From: Acidimicrobiia bacterium
Lineage (GTDB): Bacteria > Actinomycetota > Acidimicrobiia > IMCC26256 > JAENVU01
Assembly (NCBI GenBank): GCA_009694415.1
Contig: SHUZ01000002.1
Location: forward strand, 1 to 46,123
DNA length: 46,123 bases
Direction of reading: 5' to 3'
Position numbers and translations under genes: made by a program. Below, in pieces: positions 38,644 through 46,123 of the stretch (the stretch's first letter is position 1; each line of letters begins with the position of its first letter). The notes under the pieces are model-generated. The model did not search any database. It had not been told where the DNA came from and saw only the letters and a program-made list of their open reading frames with translations.

Positions 38644-39264
38644 ATGGGGTTCTACGAGGAACGAGTGCTGCCGCGAGTGGTTGAACTGACCTGCGGTGGC
38701 AAGCGGATGGAACGAGTTCGGCTCCCGGCGCTCGTCGGCCTCTCCGGCACAATCGTTGAACTCGGGTTCGGCTCAGGTTCGAATGTCGGGCTGTACCCGC
38801 CAGAAGTTGAACGCGTGCTGGCTGTAGAGCCATCGACACTCGCGCGCGAACGCTCGGGCGCCAGGACCGCCGCGCACCCCATGCCTCCGATTGAGTTCAT
38901 TGGGCTCGATGGAGCGAAGTTGCCGTTAGCGGACGGGTCTGTCGATGCCGTGCTGAGCACTTGGACGTTGTGCACAATCCCAGATGTGAAAGGGGCGCTC
39001 GCTGAGGTGCGCAGGGTCCTGCGTCCCGGTGGGTCACTGCACTTCTTGGAGCACGGGATATCACCGGAACCGAAGGTGGTTCGATGGCAGCGGCGCGTCG
39101 AGCCGGTGCAAATGCGGATCGGTGGAGGTTGTCACTTAACCCGTGACGCTCCAGCGATGATCGAGGCGGCCGGTTTGCGCATGGACCGATTAACCAGGTT
39201 CACCATTGGTCCGCGGGTGTTCGCGACTATGTCGAGTGGAGTCGCAATCAACGACGATGCCTAA
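38644..39264 (+). CDS. Class I SAM-dependent methyltransferase
   Basis: VELGFGSG, LPLADGSVDAV, TLCTIPD, VLRPGG.LHFLEHG, GGCHL; TAGTCT -10 7 nt before ATG. Confidence 0.88.
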   Translation: MGFYEERVLPRVVELTCGGKRMERVRLPALVGLSGTIVELGFGSGSNVGLYPPEVERVLAVEPSTLARERSGARTAAHPMPPIEFIGLDGAKLPLADGSVDAVLSTWTLCTIPDVKGALAEVRRVLRPGGSLHFLEHGISPEPKVVRWQRRVEPVQMRIGGGCHLTRDAPAMIEAAGLRMDRLTRFTIGPRVFATMSSGVAINDDA

Positions 39265-39276
39265 ACGGCGATCCTG

Positions 39277-40290
39277 TTACGCAGAGGCTCCGACCGGTAC
39301 GCCATCAACGATCTGGTCTAGGTACTCGGAGAGTCCGTATCCGGTCCTCCCGTTCCAACTCCACTCTGTCATCCCCTCAGAAATGCGCGTAACGAGCTTG
39401 TCGCCTTCGGGTGATGTCCTTCGGTTGCGCAATGGAATCAAGTTGAGGACGGTTCCTTCGATTTCGTAAGTACGATCGCCCGCCGTCGCGGTCGCGCGGA
39501 TTTTTTGGTGATAAATGTCGGAACCCGTCCACTCGGTCTCGATTGTCGCCGCGTGGATGTGGCGGTATTCGCCGTCTTCGAGCGCGACTCCACCGATGTG
39601 CTGCGAGCCATCTGGCGCGGTGATGATCGAAATGACGAATCCAGCGTCGTCACCGAAGTTCATGGTCAACCATCGATACCAATAGGGCGCTTGCCAGAAC
39701 CTTGGCCCCCAAGAATGGTCGCGAAGTCCGAAGCCATCTACAACCCATTCCTCGTCGCCGACGCGTATGACACCGGTTGCGCCGACGTGTTGTTCGTAGT
39801 GTCCGCGCGCAAAGCCACCAGACAAATCTTCAACGAGCGCCGTACCGTCGTCGTTTACCGGCTCGCCACCCCACATCGGCGCAATGCCCCGATAGTTGAG
39901 GTCTACGGAACAATCGACCCACGGGTTCTCCGTGAATGCTTTGCGAGGGTTAGCCATCTGCAGCGGGTCATCGAGAAGGGCGACCTTGCCGGTGTAGGTG
40001 GTGTGCAATTTCTCAAACGGGGTGACGACCTCGAACTTCATCCCTCCGGCATCGAACGCGTCGTTGTTTTCGATCTCGGGGCGTCCGAACATGAACGCGA
40101 CGCGGCCATCGGGCAGGTAGAGACAGGTCGTCATCTCCGCGTAGCCCTCGTTGGCTCGGTTGCCGAGACGCAAGAATCCCCCTAAGCGTTCTTTCGGGTC
40201 GTAGACGTTGAAGTACATGCTTTCGTTGAAGTTGCTAGCAGTCTCAAGCGGGTGCAGGTACTCATCGGATGGCTCTAAGCGAATTTTCAT
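39277..40290 (-). CDS. Conserved hypothetical beta-rich protein (CrtC/tocopherol-cyclase-like fold inferred)
   Basis: Clean 337-aa ORF; NESMYFN, GHYEQ, GLRDHSWGPR, GYGLSEY motifs. Confidence 0.65.
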   Translation of the reverse strand: MKIRLEPSDEYLHPLETASNFNESMYFNVYDPKERLGGFLRLGNRANEGYAEMTTCLYLPDGRVAFMFGRPEIENNDAFDAGGMKFEVVTPFEKLHTTYTGKVALLDDPLQMANPRKAFTENPWVDCSVDLNYRGIAPMWGGEPVNDDGTALVEDLSGGFARGHYEQHVGATGVIRVGDEEWVVDGFGLRDHSWGPRFWQAPYWYRWLTMNFGDDAGFVISIITAPDGSQHIGGVALEDGEYRHIHAATIETEWTGSDIYHQKIRATATAGDRTYEIEGTVLNLIPLRNRRTSPEGDKLVTRISEGMTEWSWNGRTGYGLSEYLDQIVDGVPVGASA

Positions 40291-40346
40291 GTGCGCATTG
40301 GACCCCAGGTTTGCGCCCGGGGGCAAATGCAAGGTCGAATGTGTCC

Positions 40347-41276
40347 ATGACCACGACTGTTACGGAGATTGCGTCAGGACTTGAGTTCCCGGAAGGCCCG
40401 ATATGGATGCCTGATGGCACAGTGTTATGTGTCGAGTTGAAACGCGGAACAGTCGACAGAGTGCACGCGGATGGGACCGTCGAGGTCATCGCGCAGCCTG
40501 GAGGGAGTCCGAACGGAATCGCGATTGGTCCCGATGGTGCTTTGTACGTGTGTAACAGCGGAGGGTGGGAGTTCCACGAGATCATGGGTATGACAGTCAC
40601 GGGGACGTTCCAACCCGATGATTACTCGGGAGGGCGTATCGAACGCGTCGATCTGAGCAGCGGAGAAGTGACGGTGTTGTACGACGCATGCGACGGACAC
40701 CCGTTAATGGGTCCAAACGATTTGGTATTCGATTCGGATGGCGGGATGTGGTTCACCGATCACGGCAAGATCCGTGCCCGCGAGCGCGATCATGGCGGCC
40801 TTTATTACGCGTCGGCAGACGGTTCTTCAATTACCGAAGTTGTTTACCCGCTTGAGTCGCCGAATGGAGTTGGGATCTCACCGGAAGGTGACCGCGTGTA
40901 TGTAGCCGAGACGTACACCGGGCGCGTGTATTGGTGGCCGATTGAAGGTTCGGGAAAAGTCGGAAAGCCGAGCCCCATCGGTCATGGTGGGAACTTGTTG
41001 GTCGGGCTACCAGAAATGCAATTCCTCGACTCGTTGGCCGTCGACTCGGCTGGCAACGTGGTCGTTGGAACGATCATCAATGGTGGACTCACTGTCGTCC
41101 CTCCCGATAACGAGGGTGGTGTCGAGCGTGTCGAACATGTAGCCCTACCTGATCTGCTGGTCACCAACGTGTGCTTCGGTGGAGCAGATTTGCAGACGGC
41201 GTTCGCGACTCTTTCGGGTACGGGCAAGCTAGTTTCGTTCCCATGGCCGCGCCCCGGTCTTCGTCTCGCGTTTTGA
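40347..41276 (+). CDS. SMP-30/gluconolactonase-family lactonase
   Basis: GLEFPEGP, PNG, PNDLVFD.DGG.WFTD, SPNGVGISP, DSLAVD, TNVCFGG. Confidence 0.88.
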   Translation: MTTTVTEIASGLEFPEGPIWMPDGTVLCVELKRGTVDRVHADGTVEVIAQPGGSPNGIAIGPDGALYVCNSGGWEFHEIMGMTVTGTFQPDDYSGGRIERVDLSSGEVTVLYDACDGHPLMGPNDLVFDSDGGMWFTDHGKIRARERDHGGLYYASADGSSITEVVYPLESPNGVGISPEGDRVYVAETYTGRVYWWPIEGSGKVGKPSPIGHGGNLLVGLPEMQFLDSLAVDSAGNVVVGTIINGGLTVVPPDNEGGVERVEHVALPDLLVTNVCFGGADLQTAFATLSGTGKLVSFPWPRPGLRLAF

Positions 41277-41358
41277 CGCAGGCTTTGCTGAGGGCCGATC
41301 TGAAGTTTGAGCGAGGCGGCGCGTATCGTCCCGCGGTTCACTAGATGAGGAGCATGCC

Positions 41359-42501
41359 GTGTCAGGACCGTTGTCGGGAATAAAGGTCGTTGAAATTGCA
41401 GGCATTGGTCCAGGACCATTTGCGGCGATGATGTTGGCCGACATGGGCGCAGACATCGTGCGCGTCGACCGTGCGGGGGCCGTGACGGGCTCGTTCGATA
41501 GACCGAACCTGGAGATCCTCAACCGCGGCCGCAGGTCTATCGGAGTCGATCTGAAGTCCGAGGCAGGCGTCGAGACGGTGATGCGTCTAGTTGAACAGGC
41601 CGATGCGCTGATCGAAGGTTTTCGTCCCGGAGTTGCCGAACGTCTTGGTATCGGACCCGACGCGTGTCTCGCTCGCAACCCCCGCATCGTCTACGGGCGC
41701 ATGACGGGTTGGGGACAAGAAGGTCCCTATGCGCAAGCGGCGGGCCATGACATCAATTACATAGCGCTCGCTGGCGCACTCGCACACTTCGGTCGCGCTG
41801 GCACCAAACCGACTCCACCGATCAATCTCGTCGGGGATTTTGGTGGTGGCGGAATGATGATGGCGTTTGGTGTTGCTTGCGCGCTTGTCGAGTCGGGGCG
41901 CACTGGGCAAGGTCAGGTCATCGACGCTGCAATGGTTGATGGCGCAGCCACGTTGATGGCGATGATCTGGGGATTCCGCGCGCTCGGCATCTGGGGCGAG
42001 TTTGGAACGAACGTTCTCGACACGGGAGCGCCGTTCTACGACACGTACCAAACTTCCGATGGAAAGTTCATCGCTCTCGGATCATTGGAGCCACAGTTCT
42101 TTGCGGAGCTCCACGCCAAGGCCGGTCTCGGTGACGACGTCGACATGGCACGTCAGATGGACCCGTCTACTTGGCCAGAATTACGAGACAAATTCACAAC
42201 GTTGTTCGCGTCGAAGACAAGAGATGAGTGGTGCGAGATTTTGGAGCACACCGATGCGTGCTTCGCTCCGGTGCTGACGATGGACGAGGCTGCCGTACAT
42301 CCCCATATCGTTGCGAGAGAGACGATCGTCGAGGAATATGGCTTGCTGCAGCCCGCACCGTCACCGCGATTTAGCAGAACGCCCGGCGCTATCCAGGGGC
42401 CACCTGCGTGGCCAGGGCAGCACACGGACGAAGTGTTGGGCGACTGGGGTTTCGCTACCGATGAAATTGCCGGATTGCGTGAAGCGGGCGCGATTAAATA
42501 G
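41359..42501 (+). CDS. mcr: Alpha-methylacyl-CoA racemase (CaiB/BaiF family III CoA-transferase fold)
   Basis: AGIGPGPFAAM.LAD.GA, EGFRPGVAERLG, AGHDINY, NLVGDFGGG, DTGAPFYDTY; SD GAGGAG. Confidence 0.88.
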   Translation: MSGPLSGIKVVEIAGIGPGPFAAMMLADMGADIVRVDRAGAVTGSFDRPNLEILNRGRRSIGVDLKSEAGVETVMRLVEQADALIEGFRPGVAERLGIGPDACLARNPRIVYGRMTGWGQEGPYAQAAGHDINYIALAGALAHFGRAGTKPTPPINLVGDFGGGGMMMAFGVACALVESGRTGQGQVIDAAMVDGAATLMAMIWGFRALGIWGEFGTNVLDTGAPFYDTYQTSDGKFIALGSLEPQFFAELHAKAGLGDDVDMARQMDPSTWPELRDKFTTLFASKTRDEWCEILEHTDACFAPVLTMDEAAVHPHIVARETIVEEYGLLQPAPSPRFSRTPGAIQGPPAWPGQHTDEVLGDWGFATDEIAGLREAGAIK

Positions 42502-42531
42502 GCAATCACTTTTTCGGCTGTTGCACGGGCA

Positions 42532-42561
42532 CGGTATTTAGCGGGAGCGGTATTTAGCGGG
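42532..42561. repeat. 14-bp direct repeat, two copies
   Basis: CGGTATTTAGCGGG at 42532-42545 and 42548-42561 between convergent mcr and purK. Confidence 0.85.
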
Positions 42562-42565
42562 CAGG

Positions 42566-43699
42566 TCACCCGATGTCGGGTGGTAGGACCTCGCGAAGTG
42601 CAGTAAGCCGTTCGTGGAGTTGCGCGGTATCGGGCGCTACGACAGTTACGTGGCCGACCTTGCGGCCCGGACGGAGCGACTTGCCGTAGACGTGAAGGTG
42701 GGCGCCGGTTATGGCGCCGATGGCTGCTGCTTCAGGAAGACTCCCGATGCAGTTCACCATTACCGATGGCATTTTTAGTGTCGTCGGTCCGAGAGGCCAA
42801 CCGGCGATCGCTCGCAGGTGGTTCTCAAACTGACTGGTGCTTGCACCTTCGATTGTCCAGTGGCCCGAGTTGTGCACGCGGGGAGCCATTTCATTGGCGA
42901 GGAGTTGGCCGCCCACATCAAAGAGTTCGAGTGCGAGGACACCGACGTAATCGAGTTCGTCGAGTAGGCGGCCCACGTATTTCTCAGCGGACGCGCGCAA
43001 TGTCGTGTTGTCGCCTTCAGCCGTCACGGTGCTGGTGCGCAAGATGCCATCGCGGTGTTCGTTCGTAACCAGTGGCCAGCACAGCGTGTCGCCGTCGACG
43101 GAGCGCACAGCGATGATGGACAACTCGCGGTCGAATGGCACCCAAGCTTCGAGAATCAGTGGCCCCGCTTCACCGAGTGCTTCCCACGCGGGTCCGACAT
43201 CCGCGCGATCCTGCAGAACGACTTGGCCTTTGCCGTCGTAGCCACCGCAGCGCGTCTTTAGGACTGCAGGGAGACCGATCGCATCGACGGCGTTGTCGAG
43301 GCCGGAGCGGTCGTCGACGGCGGCAAACTCGGCCACGCCAATGCCGAGACTCCGAAACAAGTTCTTTTCCGAAAGTCGATCTTGCGAAACCTCAAGCGCT
43401 CTTATTGAGGGCCGCACAAGGTGTCCAGCGCTTTCGAGAGAAGCAGCGCCCGTTGCGGGAACCCCTTCCCACTCGTACGTGACCACAGCGGATCCTTGGG
43501 CTGTTCGCACGAGAGCATCCGTGTCACCAAGAGTGCCGACGATCAGTTCACCAAAAGTCGCTGTTGGAGCTTGCGGGGAAGGATCGAGGAATCGGAAGTG
43601 CATACCCAGCGGTGCGCCCGCTTCCGCAAGCATCATGCCGAGTTGACCGCCGCCCAACACGGAAATTAACAGCGGATCGATCGTCGATTCATTACTCAT
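42566..43699 (-). CDS. purK: N5-carboxyaminoimidazole ribonucleotide synthase
   Basis: LGGGQLG.M, QDRLSEK, GYDGKGQ, NEMAPRVHNSGHWT, SQFENHLRA, YGK..RPGRKVGH. Confidence 0.93.
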   Translation of the reverse strand: MSNESTIDPLLISVLGGGQLGMMLAEAGAPLGMHFRFLDPSPQAPTATFGELIVGTLGDTDALVRTAQGSAVVTYEWEGVPATGAASLESAGHLVRPSIRALEVSQDRLSEKNLFRSLGIGVAEFAAVDDRSGLDNAVDAIGLPAVLKTRCGGYDGKGQVVLQDRADVGPAWEALGEAGPLILEAWVPFDRELSIIAVRSVDGDTLCWPLVTNEHRDGILRTSTVTAEGDNTTLRASAEKYVGRLLDELDYVGVLALELFDVGGQLLANEMAPRVHNSGHWTIEGASTSQFENHLRAIAGWPLGPTTLKMPSVMVNCIGSLPEAAAIGAITGAHLHVYGKSLRPGRKVGHVTVVAPDTAQLHERLTALREVLPPDIG

Positions 43700-44244
43700 G
43701 CAGTCGATGGCTGCAAAGTTGGTCGCGCTGGGTAGTCGTCGAGCGAAGCGACGATTCCGCGCCAGAAGCCATCGCGTGAACCCGCGTAGACCTCGACGGT
43801 ACCGTTATATGTGGCTACCTGTTTGGGTGTAGGAATCGCTTCATTGAATGTAGTGATCGCCGCGGTGAGTGCAGAATCGTTCTTGAATTTTTCGCTCGAT
43901 GCAACGGTCGCACCTACACGGGCGGCCAGACCTTCTAACTCGTTAGCCGTTATCGCTTGTGTTGGAGAGTCCGTTGTAACCACGAGCAGATCCCAGTCCG
44001 ACAGGACTCTTCGCAGTCGGCGAGTTACGTCGCGGTCTGATGCGCCAGCGGCATCGAGCGCTTCAGCAACTCCAGCGAGCGCTTCGTAACGCACGGCTAG
44101 TGGTTTTGCCAGTGGTTCCCATGCGCGGTCTACTGCTTCCGCGTCGCCTTGCAGGCCGGGGCGCACGGCGATCACGAGGACCACGGCAGCCGTGACTAGA
44201 ACCAAAACAAGCGGTAATGCGATCCTACGGACCATGTTGATCAT
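43696..44244 (-). CDS. LemA-like membrane-anchored helical protein
   Basis: N-terminal TM helix, VDRAW.....L..RY, YN..V..Y......F...IVA pattern. Confidence 0.6.
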   Translation of the reverse strand: MINMVRRIALPLVLVLVTAAVVLVIAVRPGLQGDAEAVDRAWEPLAKPLAVRYEALAGVAEALDAAGASDRDVTRRLRRVLSDWDLLVVTTDSPTQAITANELEGLAARVGATVASSEKFKNDSALTAAITTFNEAIPTPKQVATYNGTVEVYAGSRDGFWRGIVASLDDYPARPTLQPSTA

Positions 44245-44305
44245 GACGAGGCTTCACCCTACTTATGGGTGCTTGCGCCTCGGGTGATCGGCGGTAGAGT
44301 CAGGC

Positions 44306-44794
44306 ATGGCTCGCTCCCGGGCCACGGTCGTGGCGCTGATCGCCGCCGTGTCGCTAGGGGGTTTCGCGTTAGGGAAAGCGGCGCGCGGTGAGTCGGCAAC
44401 GTTCGTGGTGACACAGGTAATCGATGGTGACACGATCGAGGTCGACCGCGGCCATGGCGAGACGGAGACAATTCGCCTACTTGGTGTCAACACGCCCGAG
44501 ACACATCATCCCGATCGACCAGTCGAGTGTTTCGGGCCCGAAGCGAGTGCGTTCACCGAATCGCGTTTGCTTGGACGGCGCGTTCAACTTGAGTATGACG
44601 TGGAGAGTCACGACATCTATGGAAGGCGCCTCGCGTTCGTTGTTGTCGATGGCGTGCGATTCAATGACGAACTTCTTGCACTCGGTTATGCACGCTTGTT
44701 GGTCATCCCGCCGAATGGAATGCATGCCCGAGAGATGCTCGCTGTCGAACTAGAGGCACGCAACAATCAGGTCGGACTATGGGGAGCGTGCTGA
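44306..44794 (+). CDS. Secreted thermonuclease (SNase family)
   Basis: Signal peptide; VIDGDTIEV, IRLLGVNTPE, DIYGRRLA, GYAR, GLWGAC. Confidence 0.9.
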   Translation: MARSRATVVALIAAVSLGGFALGKAARGESATFVVTQVIDGDTIEVDRGHGETETIRLLGVNTPETHHPDRPVECFGPEASAFTESRLLGRRVQLEYDVESHDIYGRRLAFVVVDGVRFNDELLALGYARLLVIPPNGMHAREMLAVELEARNNQVGLWGAC

Positions 44795-44839
44795 TGTGGC
44801 GCGGCATCACGCGTCGAAAACCAGCGAAACGCGGTGCGG

Positions 44840-46123
44840 TTATTCGCTCCCTATGAGTTCAAGAACGGCGGCACCGTACCGCTCGAGTTTTACTTCGCCA
44901 ATTCCCGGTATTGCCAATAGTTCTTTTGGTGTTTGTGGGTGCGCACGTGCGACAGCTGCGAGGGTCTTATTATCGAGAATGACGAACGCCGGCACCTGCG
45001 TGGCCCTTGCTTGAACGAGGCGCCATGCGACAAGTGCGTCGTACAACTTTCGTTCATCCGGGTCTAGGTCGCCCGACGGATCAGAACGCATCGCCGCGCG
45101 GGCTTTTTCTGCGTTGCGCCGATTGCTCTCGGGCGCGGGTACGGCTGGGGCTGCGATGCCGATCCCGCGTTGCATGTCTGCGAGGAAGGGGCTGACACTT
45201 CGACGCGTAGTTCGCTCGCCGCGGGCTCGGTTGCGCGCGTGCGAACAATGCAGTTCACGGCGGGCGCGGCTCGCAGCGACATACAAGAGGCGCCGCTCCT
45301 CGTCGATCGCAACGGGATTGTTCTGAGCATGAGAAATGGGTACGAGTCCCTTTTCGAGTCCCGTGATGAACACTGTGTCCCACTCGAGCCCCTTGGCTCG
45401 ATGGAAGGTAAGTAGTTCGACTGCATCGGTGCCGATGCCACCGTCGTCGCCTCCGCGAAGGGAGGTTCGCAGAAAGACATTGAACCCGGCGACGCTGCCG
45501 TTCCCTCCCTCTACAACTAGATACTCGCGCCCTAGGGTCGCCAGCGCTTGGGCGTGATCTCTGCGTTCTTCATCAAGTTCGGCGGCCTCGGTCACTAGGT
45601 CTGTCAGATGTTCGGAAAAACGGCGACCCGGTGCAGAGCGCGCCGCATCATGCAGACCGTCGAGGAGGGCCAACACTTCGGGACGATCCAGAAACGCGGC
45701 ATCGCCGCGAACTCGGAACGGAACACCCGAGCGACGGAGTGCTTCTTCGAACGCCGCAGATTGAGCATTCACCCTGTAGAGAACTGCGAGGTCAGACCAG
45801 CGGCGGCCCTCATCGTGAGCGCGCCGTAGAGCAATAGCGACTCCGGCTGCTTCGTCTTCACCGGTCTCGTATGAAACGACGGTAGGGATGGCACCGTCGA
45901 CTCCAGAAGCCTGAACAGGTGACCGGTCGGGGCCAGGAAGTACTGCGCGCGCCGCCGCAACTATTTGGGGCGTCGACCGGTAGTTGGTACCGAAATGAAC
46001 GGTGCTTCCGCCAGGAAACCGCGTGTCGAATCGCTCGAGTGCTTCGGGCTCGGCACCGGAAAAACCGTAGATGGATTGGTCTGGGTCGCCGACAACGCAA
46101 AGGTCGCTGCGGTCGCCGAGCCA
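44840..46123 (-). CDS. uvrD2: UvrD2-like ATP-dependent helicase with C-terminal HRDC domain, 5' partial
   Basis: Frame open from the window edge: VVGDPDQSIYGF, NYRSTPQI, AVLYRVN, TFHRAKGLEW, EERRLLYVAASRA, HRDC (LVAWR...VPAFVI...IPGIGEVKLERYG). Confidence 0.9.
   Translation of the reverse strand, partial: WLGDRSDLCVVGDPDQSIYGFSGAEPEALERFDTRFPGGSTVHFGTNYRSTPQIVAAARAVLPGPDRSPVQASGVDGAIPTVVSYETGEDEAAGVAIALRRAHDEGRRWSDLAVLYRVNAQSAAFEEALRRSGVPFRVRGDAAFLDRPEVLALLDGLHDAARSAPGRRFSEHLTDLVTEAAELDEERRDHAQALATLGREYLVVEGGNGSVAGFNVFLRTSLRGGDDGGIGTDAVELLTFHRAKGLEWDTVFITGLEKGLVPISHAQNNPVAIDEERRLLYVAASRARRELHCSHARNRARGERTTRRSVSPFLADMQRGIGIAAPAVPAPESNRRNAEKARAAMRSDPSGDLDPDERKLYDALVAWRLVQARATQVPAFVILDNKTLAAVARAHPQTPKELLAIPGIGEVKLERYGAAVLELIGSE

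Noticed and set aside
44840-46123. Apparent truncation or frameshift of uvrD2 (ORF track starts at 45772)
   Set aside because: Manual translation from 46123 is stop-free and in frame through the helicase motifs; the gene simply runs off the window
2526-46123. rnhB, mutasome, RecB-like nuclease, xth, thermonuclease and uvrD2 as one repair or defence island
   Set aside because: Spread over 43 kb among unrelated housekeeping genes, with different promoters and no mobility signatures

Overview
A 46 kb, high-GC, gene-dense stretch of an actinobacterial chromosome (probably Acidimicrobiia, inferred from mycothiol and F420 enzymes, actinobacterial SOS boxes and leaderless promoters). It holds 46 protein-coding genes, two cut by the window edges. 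I saw no tRNA, rRNA, CRISPR array, transposase or phage gene. DNA repair: rnhB, an imuA-imuB-dnaE2 cassette with two LexA boxes and a 71-bp hairpin, a RecB/Cas4-like nuclease behind a PafBC (RecA-NDp)-type promoter, xth and uvrD2. Lipid and redox metabolism: two acyl-CoA dehydrogenases, a thiolase, WS/DGAT, SCP2, ETF, three luciferase-like enzymes, Mca and a racemase. The strongest candidate system lies at 27-42.5 kb: a dispersed set resembling the LvaABC / ACAD10-11 phospho-acyl-CoA route for 4-hydroxy acids, with a lactonase, ETF, a racemase and an uncharacterised oxygenase-hydrolase operon. Family assignments come from motif recognition and recalled sequences; no database search was run.
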